A stretch of DNA of 64,000 bases from the NCBI RefSeq assembly GCF_009914755.1, contig NC_060948.1; one strand, given 5' to 3'. The DNA is from the human T2T-CHM13v2.0 reference genome, Homo sapiens. Below the pieces are notes generated by a model. That model was not told the origin of the DNA, ran no database searches, and worked only from the letters and a program-made list of their open reading frames with translations. Each line of letters starts with the position of its first letter. Position 1 is the first letter of the stretch. Positions 25,755-36,949 of the stretch are shown in pieces. The position numbers were made by a program, and so were the translations under genes.

Positions 25755-28700
25755 TTAGTATATTTCTTGTTGATATCTGTGTGACCTTTAACATTTGTTG
25801 ATTCTCTTCCCCTCCATGAACAACTTCTAGGTTCCCTTCTTAAGTTTTCCTTTCTCTGAGCTATCTTTGAAGATTCCAACTTCTGTAACAACTGTTTACC
25901 ACCTCTTTGAAAATACCTCATACACTTGTACACTCATGGTTAAGCCATAACCTTTTTTAAAGCTTGTTAGTTTTACCCATGAGGTTAATTTTGGTAACAT
26001 TTAAAAGCCAGGAATAGTTCCTGTTTGGCCTGGCTAAAGTAGGGTAATAAGAAATTTACAAGGAATTTTTTTTTTTTTTTTGCAAGAGCTGTGGGTAAAA
26101 GTCAGCTTAATTAAAAGTGGCTATCCAACCTCTACATATATTTAAGAGGCCTTTTTTTGTTTTCTTTCTCTTCTTGAATCTTATTTTTCTGAAGCAAAGG
26201 GTGTTTTCTTTTCTTCTCAGTGGACTGAAATGTTTTTTCTTTATTTTTTTTTTCTTGCCACTCATAATGCACACCTGAGAGGACCTAAGATAACTTCTAA
26301 TAGTGTGGGACTCCTTGGGAAAATCAGAGTAGCCACCATAGATCCTGTTTTAGGAAAAACCTCTGTTTTTCTTGTGAAACCCCAGGAATTCAAAGTATAT
26401 AGATCCCTCTCAAAATGTAAGGCTGTGTTGTGTTTTTCATTGTGTTATCTGATAAGTTTGAGTTAAGCGATTAACGGAAATTACTTCTCATTATGAGAGA
26501 ACTTTTGTGTGTAATAACTGGGTAGGAAATGTACTTTAAGGGATGGCTAATTGCATTTATGTCAGATACCCAGCTCTTTGCATGTTTGGATTAGAGATGC
26601 ATACGCTTGGCCACCTAGAAGGTATGGAAATGTTCCCACCTGGCACTGAGAGATAAGACTCCCATTGGTGATAGGCTGATTGCAAGATGGGCTGATTGCA
26701 AAATCGGCTGATTGGCTGGGTTGCCATGAAATGAAATGCAAGGTAAAAGCATTACACTGTCTTCTCCCATAGCATTTCTGTTTTAGGGGATCCAGAATGT
26801 GATATAAAAATGGGACCCTTAATTTTGGAAATCTGCTTTTGTCTTCAAGCTCTGCTTGTTTATAAGGCCCTAGAAAATGCATGCTTTTCTGGCCCTCTTC
26901 CTTGAAGAACTCCATCTTGAAGCCAGTAATCCATTTAAGAAAGTTAAAAACTGGCAAATGAAAAATCTGACAACTACTGGATCTTCTTCTGTCTGTATGC
27001 ATAGTTATATATGTGTTGTGTTTGTGATGTTTATATAAAAGAGCTCTAATTAATTGGCTTAAAGAAAAATAAGCAAATTGATTTCAAATCAAATAATTTA
27101 AAGACTTTGTCAAAAAATTAAAACTAATGCCTTTTACTTCATGTGACAATAAGCTTTCAGAAATAAAGAGCTTTAAAAATTATTGGTAACATAAAGACAT
27201 TTTGTCTAAATCAAGCAGTTCAGATATTAGGTTTGCTAAATGATTTTAGGTAATAAACTGCTTTTTTGGCTTTTAAAAATCGTTCAACTCGCCACTGTAC
27301 AGCTTGGTAAGGTAAGGTCTGGGACACATGAGGTTACCCATGCCCCTAGTTATGCTGAAAAGAATCAGACCATATCTGCACTTCAGTCTGGTGACCTAGG
27401 CTCCAAACCTAGTACGTAATTAAAATCACTTGCTTACCAGGCTTTTCATCAAAGATAAAAATTGCTAAAAGTTGACATTGTAACATGTGACTAAGACTAC
27501 TAAAAAATGTTGTACATGCAAGGTGTGTGAAGACAGTGAAATATGCTTTTAATAAAAGATTATAACAAGGCATGAAAATGTAAATTTTTGCCTGGTTTAG
27601 AGGATTAAAGGATTGTTTTAAATCAGATAGGATAAAGCTGAAGTTTTGAGTAAGTTGTGAAGGATTCGAGAAAAATTGATCTTGTAAAAAATTCTGTGTG
27701 ATATATATTAGCTAAATTTAAAAGGGTATTATTTATTTTTTTCTGTACATTGAACATTGGAATAAAAGCACGACAGGGTTTACTTTAAGAACTGATCTGC
27801 TCTTTAACAAATATTTGTAGAGGATTAGAGAAAGTTTTTGAGCATCTCACCTTATGGTCAAACTGATTAAGATTGACAGATATGTCTATAAGGTTTTATT
27901 AAAGATTGGAGTTGACGTTAATAGTACACTAATGCAAAGGTGAAATTTGGCTTTCTTTCTTGAACCAGATACTCATGTAATATTAAATAATAATGCAAAT
28001 TTTTGTTTTACTTTTGAATAAAATACTGAACAAGGAACTAAAGACAAGGGACAGATTGTTTTGAAAGCTAAATTGTCCCTCTCTCAATGAGTAATGATTT
28101 ATGCCTTTTTAAGGTTTTTGAGTCATTATTTTGGCCAACTGAATGACTTATGGTGATCTGGAATTCTATTTCATAATATCAAGTGTTCTAAACCTTTAAC
28201 ATATTTTATAGGCTTTCCAAAATCAAATTTCAGCTTCAAAATAGTCTCTTCTGACCTCTAATTTTGGGATGCTACAGAGAACCCCTGAAGCATCCAAAGG
28301 AGAGGTAAACAGGATTATTTAACATGTTAAGTTACATGAGAAGCATTGTCAAAACAAAAAATTATGTTTCACCTTCTTTAGGTTATATTTTAGTGAATGA
28401 CATTAACATATGTTACAAAATTGCATGGGATTGCTAACATTCAAATATGTCTAAGTATATGTTATCAATCATAATTATGGTTATTATGTTAAGTTATTGT
28501 AGGCCACAGAAATAGCCAAATTTCCTTGTCAATTGTGTTTTTAACTATAACCATTTAAAGTCATTTCCATATTAATTGCTTAATGCTGACACAGTTTCTG
28601 AAAACTTCACAAACACACAAAATCATAGAATATAGTGTCTTCTAGGAGGTTCATGAAAAGATGGAAAGGACCCTGAAAGCACTCTTGAATATAGGTTTCT

Positions 28701-28769
28701 AATAACTCTAAAATCATTATCATTTGGACTGAGTAAGAATTCCTGAAACTTTAATGAAAAGAACATTGT

Positions 28770-29300
28770 CAGGAGGCTTTCATGCTTCTAGATGGATATC
28801 ATTTGTTAGGTCCTTTTTCTATGATTTGGATTCAGAGAAGCAATAATTAGAAATGTATCTCCCATGATGGGATCTATTGCAGATCCTACTGGAAAGGCTA
28901 AGGTTACACAAAAAATTTTAAATTCTCTTGGGAACTTCTGCTAAATAATAGAATTCTTCTAGATTACTTTCTGGCTAAACAGAAGTATCTGTGCAGCTGC
29001 TGGCCCTTGTGGACAATGGAAAAATATATTACATCAGGTATTACAGCGATCCAGTTGTAGGGGATTAGCGAAGATACTCTTTAGTTAAGAGAGTAGAGTC
29101 CATCCGGCTCATTCTTTTGTCTGTTTGATTTTAGGTGGTTTAATTTATGGGGACCCTGGGTTAGAAGCATACTCCAAACTCTTGATATTATCCTCCTGAT
29201 ATTCATAATAGTAGTCTCCCTGGTGTGTTGTATTTCCTAAAAGATTTTAAATGTTTGCATGTAGCCATCTTTAGAATGCCAAATTGTCTCTCTTCAACTG
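28770..29300 (+). pseudogene. Env transmembrane-subunit remnant
   Basis: 28941-28982 translates LNNRILLDYFLAKQ (immunosuppressive-domain-like). After a frameshift come ICAAAGPC and a hydrophobic anchor ILQTLDIILLIFIIVVSLVCCI. Confidence 0.75.
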
Positions 29301-29827
29301 GCATGACAAGAGCTACAAGAAATGTGGGACCACGAGGACATCATAACCTATGAATGACATGCTGAGACTGGAACCCCAAAATGGTGGTAACTGAGATTGG
29401 CACTAAGGCCTTAATTTTTGGTCACACTTTCACCTAAGTGAGAACCTGACCAAAAAGGGGGAATTTATTTAAACACAATTATGGAAGGTTATTGTTTTGG
29501 ACTGAGCTCATGCACTAGGCCCCAACAGACAAAATCAAGCAAAAATGGAATGTTCATGCTAAATGTGATGTAATCAAACTAAGACTTTTAAGGAAAAGCA
29601 TAGGTTCTGGAACAGACATGGTTTTGTTTTTCTCCTATAAACAGTGTTTTCCAGCATAAGGAGATAACCTCCACTCAGTCCTTGTTCCACCTTGCAAAAC
29701 CCATAGTTTTACTATTTCCCAGTGGGTTTCTAGACCAAATAAGTACATTTACAATGGTGATAGTGACATCAATGACTAAAGTTTCGGTCAATCTCATAAA
29801 ATTGAGAAAATTACCAAATGGGGAAAT

Positions 29828-30225
29828 TGTTAAATCAAGTTTAGCCTAAAGCTTCCTTCTGACATATTTAAGTTTGGCCTAAAGGTTTTTCTGTACATCA
29901 TGAACTATATCAAGTGGAGGTCTAAAGAGACCATAGCCTACACTTGTGCCAATCAATGATATTTGGCCAATTAAATGTAGCCAATTGTTCAAACCATGTT
30001 CAAATAAGGCAAATGCTGAGCTGTAACCTATCCAGCTGTTTCTGTACCTCACTTTCATTTTCTGTACTTCACTTTCCTTTTTCTCTCCATAGATCTTCTT
30101 CCACCGCATGGCTACATTGGAGTCTTTGAGCTTACTGTGACTTAGAAGTCTGTCTGATTTGCAAATCATTCATTGCTCAATTAAACTCCTTTAAATTTAA
30201 TTCAGTTGAAGTTTTTTTTTTATCA
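29828..30225 (+). mobile_element. MER57 (A1/B1-like) 3' LTR
   Basis: Starts TGTTAAATCAAGTTTAGCCTAAAG, has repeated CCAAT boxes, ends TTTTATCA. Confidence 0.85.
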
Positions 30226-30984
30226 CTAGTAAAAAATATATCTCTATTCTGCATATTCCTTGATTTTTTCTGGGAAAGATATTTCTCACTTGACTATTAG
30301 TTTACATTAAATGTAAAGTTAATGATAATTATACCACAGATATTAGAACTGTGTTACAATTTTACATAGTCATTTACTAGTAGACATATGTTATTTTGTA
30401 TATATACATAAACATTTTTTCAGAAAAAAAGTTTCATTTTTAAATGAAGAATTTTTAGACATATTTGCTGACAACACAAAATACAGATAGCTAGAAAATT
30501 ATCATTATATTTCTTAAAATAAGAAGAAAAATATTCAGCTTTAATATGAGAATTTTGTCTACAATGCGTTCAGTTCAGTTTAGATAGTGTCACCTACTGC
30601 CTGAGTAAAACACCACACATCTTTCTTGAACTTTGCAGGTTCTTTTCTTTCCGAACAGAACATTCTTAAATTTTCTCAACTCCTTCGTTTAAATTCTTCA
30701 TTTATTTATCATTAGAATATGAGATACTTTCATATAGAAATAACTACTTTTTCAAATGTAAATCCTTCTGCTGAGCCCAGTAGAATTCAATTAATGTTTA
30801 TCAAATTGAATTAAAGCACAAATTCATGGTAAAAATATAATTAGTTAAAAGATTTGTTTACCTATTTTTTCCTGCACTTCTTACTCATTCATTATGTAAT
30901 ATTTGTATAATAGTATAACACACATTAAAGCATACTTAAAAAGTAAATCATTTCAATTAATAGAATGTATTATGTTTTCTCCTT

Positions 30985-31190
30985 GAGTTCAAATCCTAGT
31001 CCTGCCCCTTCTCTGGTTGTGTAGCCTTTGATAAATTGTTCAACCTCTTAATGCTGAAATTTTCTTATTTGCAAAATGGGGAGCACAAAAATGGGACCCA
31101 CCTTAAAAAGTAATTATGGCAGTTATATGAATTAATGTATGTAAATATATATGTATAGTAAGTGTTTTATGTGTTTGTATTTAGTTGATG
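30985..31190 (+). mobile_element. MIR
   Basis: GAGTTCAAATCCTAGTCCTGCC...TTTTCTTATTTGCAAAATGGGG core. Confidence 0.7.
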
Positions 31191-31209
31191 TTTGAAAAAT
31201 GTTATTCAT

Positions 31210-31746
31210 GTATAAACTGTGAATAACTAGAAGCAGAAGACAGTTGAGGTTCCTTAACAAAAAACAGATTACCATGAGAAAAAGAAACAGTAGTTTATTA
31301 ACATGTATATCTCATATATACATAGATGCTATCTTGAAAAATGAATAATGTCAAAGAGGTGGCCTAGAACTCTGGTGTGTTAGCATCTTCAACTGTAATA
31401 AACAAAAAAGGGTATAGAGGAGGCAAGACATGGAACAGTAATCAGAAAATGCAGGGTAAAAAAGAGTAAGGTTTGCTATGCAGTTATAAGTCAATGTCTT
31501 CTCCATTGATAAGAGTCTCTTGTGATTTCATCATCCTTCTTTTCTTGGTACACAGGAACACTTACAAATGGAGATTTCCTTTAAAAGTATAAAGTTTTTC
31601 TCATAAAACGGTAAACTGTGCTGTTTTTAGAATTTCTCCTGTCTGCTATTTCTCAAAATAACCAGATTAAAAAAAATTTATGCCAAAAAGGCATATTTTG
31701 ATCTCCTACAGTCATATTTTAGGATGGCATATGTTGGAATCCTACA
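31210..31746 (-). mobile_element. MER34-family solo LTR
   Basis: Minus strand starts TGTAGGATTCCAACATATGCCATCCTAAAATATGACTGTAGGAG...TTTGGCATA. Confidence 0.65.
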
Positions 31747-31763
31747 CATCAAAAGTCCATAGT

Positions 31764-32126
31764 TATATTAGTCCATTTTCACACTGCTATGAAGAAATAT
31801 CTGAGATCGGGTAATTTATAAAGAAAAAGAGGTATAATGGACTTACAGTTCCACATGGCTGGGGAGGCCTCACAATCATGGCGGAAGGCAAACGAGATGC
31901 AAAGTCACATGGTACATGGTGGCAGGCAAGATAGAGCATGTGTAGGCAAACTTTCCTTTATGAAACAATCAGATCTCATAAGACTTATTCACTATCAAGA
32001 GAACAGCACAAGAAAAACCCATCCCTATGATTCAATTACCTCCCACTCGGTTTCTCACACATGTGGGAAATATGAGAGCTACAATTCAAAAAGAGATTTG
32101 AGTGGGGACACAGCCAAACCATATCA
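31764..32126 (-). mobile_element. Solo THE1 (B/C-like) LTR
   Basis: 363 bp, minus strand starts TGATATGGTTTGGCTGTGTCCCCA. TSD ATAGT at 31759-31763 and 32127-32131. Confidence 0.92.
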
Positions 32127-32439
32127 ATAGTTCACGTTAGGATTCACTGTTGGTGTTATGCATTCTATAGGTTTTGACAAATGTATAATGACATGTATCT
32201 ATTATTGCAATATCATACTGAATAATCTCACTCCTATAAAATCCTCTGTGGTTTGCCTGTCCTTCCCACACTACCCCGTAACCCCAGCAACCACTAACCC
32301 CATTAACCTTTTCACTGTCTTCGTAGTTTTGCCTTTTACAGAATACCATATACTTGGAATCATATACTGTGTAGCTTTATTTCACTTAGCAATATGTATT
32401 TAGATTTCCTGCATGTGTTTATATACCTTGATAACTCCT

Positions 32440-32462
32440 TTCTTTCTTTCTTTCCTTCTTTC

Positions 32463-32495
<33 letters not shown>

Positions 32496-32779
32496 TTTTT
32501 GACAGAGTCTCACTCTGTCACCCAGACTGGAGTGTGGTAGTGCAGTCTCGGCTTACTGCAATCTCCGCCTCCTGGATCAAGTGATTCTCCTGTCTCAGCC
32601 TCCAGAGTAGCTGGGACTATAGGTGCACACCACCATGCCCAGATAATTTTTGTATTTTTAGTAGAGGAAGTGGTTCACCATATTGGTCAGGCTGATCTCG
32701 AACTCCTGACCTTAGGTGATCCACTTGCCTTGGCCTCCTAAAGTGATGGGATTGCAGGCATGAGCTACCAGACCTGGCC
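32440..32779 (-). mobile_element. AluS with (TTTC)n/poly-T tail
   Basis: Full dimeric Alu on the minus strand, including CTCCTGACCTTAGGTGATCC. Confidence 0.93.
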
Positions 32780-33379
32780 AGTTCATTTCTTTTTAGTGCT
32801 GAGTGATATTCCATTGTCTGAAGGAAAAATAGTTTATTTATTCATTCATCTACTGAGTAACATTTTAGCTGCTTTTAAGTTTTGACAATTATGAATAAAG
32901 CTGCTATAAATATTCTTTTGCAGGCTTTTGTGTATACACAACTTTTCAGTTCATTTGAATAAATACCAAGGGGTGTGATTGCTAAATCATATGCTAAGAT
33001 TATGTTTAGTTTTGTAAAACACTGCCAAAGTATCTCTCCCAATGGCTGTAATATTTTGCATACCCATCAGCAATAAATGAAAGCTACTATTGCTCCACAT
33101 CTTCACTAGCATTTGATGTTAGTGTTTTTGAATTTGATCATTCTAATAGGTCTGTAGTGGTACTATGGCATTTTGGAATCAATGCTTCATTTAAAGAATA
33201 ATGATTCTTGTAGAAAATTTAGGCCTCTGGAAATAATTCTGAAAAAAATCAGACTTTGCACTATCACTCAAGTACTAAAACACTTTTAAAGTGTTGTAAG
33301 TGGTGTCATAATTAAGACACAAATTATCTTATGATTTGTTAAAGAAATCAAGTAACACTTAGAAGAACATTACCATATG

Positions 33380-33902
33380 TGTGTCAGGTGAGATACAATG
33401 AAAAAATGAAGCCAAACTGCATGAAATAAAGGATGTTTATTACTCACAGGTCAGGGAGATTATAAGTGTGTACAAGAGGCTGATGAGAAGTCCAGAGACA
33501 GCAGGGTGCTCAACCTGTAAGTGGTAAACAAGAAAGAGAGACAGAGAGAAAGAAAGAGAGAGAAAGAGAGAAAACTTATAGAAGTATGCCCTTATTAAGG
33601 ACCATAGGCATTATTTTTTATCCTTTTCCAAAAGGGTTGTAGAATAGCTAGTTTACATAAACCTGCATGAAGGAGAAACATATTTACAGGACTCTGGTGA
33701 CGGTCATTAGGTTTCACTGTAATTAGCATCTGTGGGTTGTGTGGGGGTCAGTGAAATAAAAAACAAGCAGGTGCTGTTACAAACAATCATTTGTTTGTTT
33801 TAACTAGACTAAAGCTGATGAGGCATGACTGGATTACAAACAACTTGTGTCTGTCCTAAAATGGATGCTGAGGCAACAACTATGTTAAACAAATTCATAA
33901 CA
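33380..33902 (-). mobile_element. Probable old solo LTR (ERVL-type, family uncertain)
   Basis: Minus strand TG...CA-bounded ~520-bp unit (TGTTATGAATTTGTTTAACATAGTTGTTGCCTCAGCATCC...) with AATAAA near its 3' end. Confidence 0.45.
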
Positions 33903-35270
33903 TCTTATCACACATTACTTTATCTACATCTGTATCTATATTTATGTATATTTATATATAAATTGTGTATATAAATTTACATATAAAATCCTCTGTGCTT
34001 TATATGTATATAATATGCCTTATATGTGTATACATATAATGTGCTTTATAGGTGTATAATAAATACAGAATTTATATATAAATATATACATAATTTATTT
34101 TCTACATCATTATAATGTTACAAGTACATTATAAATCATCTAGGAACATGTACTGCTGTTTAGAATTTTGAGTGAAACCAAAGGATCTAGCCCAGTGTCT
34201 TGTATACAGTAAGTGCTTAATACAGACTATTAATGATGACTGTGCGAATTTCTGTATGAAAGCATACTTACACGTATTTTATATGTAGTGAATATATATT
34301 TACAAATAATTGAAACAATAAAATGGAGTTTTAACATACATCTTTAAACTACTATTTGTAACAAACATAAATCTAAGTAATTATTCAGTAAAGTTTAATA
34401 AAACATATTAATGTAATTAGCAAATAACATTTTCTGTTGTTCTGACATTAGAATGTATTTGTGTGCTTTGTACAATATGGCCAGAATAATTAGAAATAAC
34501 TCTTCATTTTCTCATTTGTATGCTTATACTGCATTTACATCTGGAAGTCCAATTGCTTAGAATCTGCTACAGGACTTCTATGGATATATTTAATAAGGAC
34601 AACTTGGCCATAATGAGCTTAAATTTTGAACTGTCAGAAGCAGATGGATTAGAATGTGTGGTTCATTGATTTATATATAAATACAGATTCCACCCCCTCA
34701 GAGACTCCCGTTTTACATTCTCAGAAAAACATAAGAAAGAAAAGATCAAAAGCCACAGACCTTTTGAAACATGTTAAGTTAGCCTATAAAATAATATTTC
34801 CTAGGCTCATGTGGCTTTAAAATTGCTGTAAATTTCCCTGAAGCATGTTTGAAGCAAGCATTCCTAAGAAGCTTAATAGAAACTCTTTTAACAAAATGTC
34901 TTTCCATCCCTCCCTATTTTCTATGATTTATTTTGTTTCTACTCATTTAACAAAATAGTTTTACATTTGTCTGTGTATAAAAACCTTTTATTTCAGAATT
35001 TTCCATTGAAGATTCTATTATGTACTTCTTTTATGCTATTAATTATCAAGTAGGCACACAAATTTACTCAATTTAAAATTTAGAAATATTTAATTTTCTG
35101 TTTTCTTGTTGCCATTATTTGCTTATAGTTTTACAAAGTTTACAAACAATATTAACTATCACAAAATTTATATTTTTGACAGTTCTTCATAGAAGCAAAA
35201 AAATGGGCTGTATTTTAATAGCATATTTAATTACATGTCTTATAATGTTTTTACCTGTGGACTTGATTAT

Positions 35271-36300
35271 TTGATTATTTGCATTAATTGTGTGTTACTG
35301 AATTATGCCTGATTTTGAGTTATAACTTAATAAACCTTTTCTTAAAAAGGTATGCATTTATCCACATACATTTCAAAGCAAAAAGGGATTTTTTTCTTTT
35401 ATACCTGTTATAGATCAGACGGTAGAAAATCTCAATGAAATACCTGGACTTAATGAAACACATACAGTAGGATACAAATATTACAATCTTTAATATAGTC
35501 TTTTAATTTCTCAACTTTGTAAATTTGGTAACCATCTAACAATGTGAATCTAATGTACAGCCAATTTCCTTGTTGCAGCCAAAATTTTGTAAGGAAGGTT
35601 GGAAGTGAGAAAATAATGAATCAATTTCCTTAGCCTACAAAGATTTTACAATAGCATATTGGAAAATATTAGAAAAGAGTCAGTCTTGGTTTTGCTAAAT
35701 TCAACAGGTAACTTTGAACAGTCAGTCACTTTTCTTCTGCTCTCATCTTCCTAATCTAGGAAACAAATTGACAATTATATGTCAACTCTGGACAAACAAA
35801 ATTTGAAATCAGGTCTATTTGGGAAAATATCACCTGAATATTTTGATATACAAGTAGCTGGACTAATATATTTTAAGGATCTGTGTGGAAAAGCAGATAA
35901 GGCTTGGGAATTCTATCATATACTAAAGTGAATCTAGGGTAGAAACTAAAAATATAAAATAATGAGAAACAGCAACATTTAGAACAAGTGCAGAAGAAGT
36001 AAATCAAAGTTATTTATCGTGATAAAAAGATAGTTTTCAAATGTAGCAGGTAGATGCATTATGTGAAAATCACCCTTTGGAAGGAGCCATATTGTATATT
36101 TAAAATTATATATATACTAATAATATATTTTATGTATATGATTACACATAAAATATAGTCTTGATTAGTTGCATTAATTGTGTTCCATTTAATTATGCCT
36201 GACTTTGAATTATACCATAATAAAGCTGTTCTAAAAAAAGTATGAACTTATCCACATGCATTTCAAAGCAAATAGAAATTTTGATTTTCATTGTTATGAT
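35271..36300. repeat. Dispersed direct repeat pair, ~130 bp (35271-~35410 and 36161-~36300)
   Basis: TTGATTA.TTGCATTAATTGTG...AATTATGCCTGA.TTTGA.TTATA...TTATCCACAT.CATTTCAAAGCAAA occurs twice, 890 bp apart, ~80% identical by eye. Confidence 0.9.
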
Positions 36301-36700
36301 ATATAACAATATTCATTAAATATAAATTACATTCAAATATAATAAATATAATATTCCTTATAATATAAAATAATGTAAGTTATGTAAAACAGTTTATATT
36401 ACCTTATTATAATATATTATATAATTATTTTATATATTTCTATTCATACATGAATATGTATTTTAATATATTTATTATATATAATGATATAATGCATAGA
36501 TGATATATAATAACAAATATAGATTATACCTATAATATAATTATATTATTTTATATATTATGTTTGTAACATATTTATATTGTTAGAATATAATATGTTT
36601 ATATAATAAAATATATTATTAAATATATATTTAATGTTTTCAATTATGCATTTAATAATATATTTTAAATTATATATATATATAATTTTTTAAAAAGCAC
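36300..36700. repeat. AT-rich low-complexity tract
   Basis: About 400 bp of degenerate TA/TAA repeats. Confidence 0.85.
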
Positions 36701-36740
36701 TATTTATTTATCAGGTTACTAAATATTGCCCCAATACTAG

Positions 36741-36949
36741 TGTTGCAGGACCTTTCCTTAGTTCAGCTAAGGACAAGGTTTTTTGTCCCATGGCCATGAA
36801 AATTAAGGCTGGCAGACAATTTAAATGGTGAGTGAGACAGGGTTTTCTTGGGTGAAAAGGAAGAAAAAGGGGAAACAGCGACTCTTGGTAGGCCAGAGTT
36901 CCTGCTAGAGAGCTTCCTGCCCACTGTTCGAATTTCAGAATCCACACAG
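36741..36949 (-). mobile_element. MER61-like LTR, 3' fragment
   Basis: Minus strand ends AGCTGAACTAAGGAAAGGTCCTGCAACA. Abruptly fused to L1 at ~36949. Confidence 0.75.

Larger units (their letters stand above)
24290..29827 (+). mobile_element. MER57-type (MER4-group ERV1) internal region, 5' LTR missing
   Basis: Largely non-coding AT-rich internal region ending in PPT AAATGGGGAAAT directly before a MER57 LTR. Env TM remnant near the 3' end. Confidence 0.8.
31747..33165 (-). mobile_element. L1MC-like 3' fragment, interrupted by THE1 and Alu
   Basis: GGTTTTGACAAATGTATAATGACATG and ATTATGAATAAAGCTGCTATAAATATTC motifs. Confidence 0.75.
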
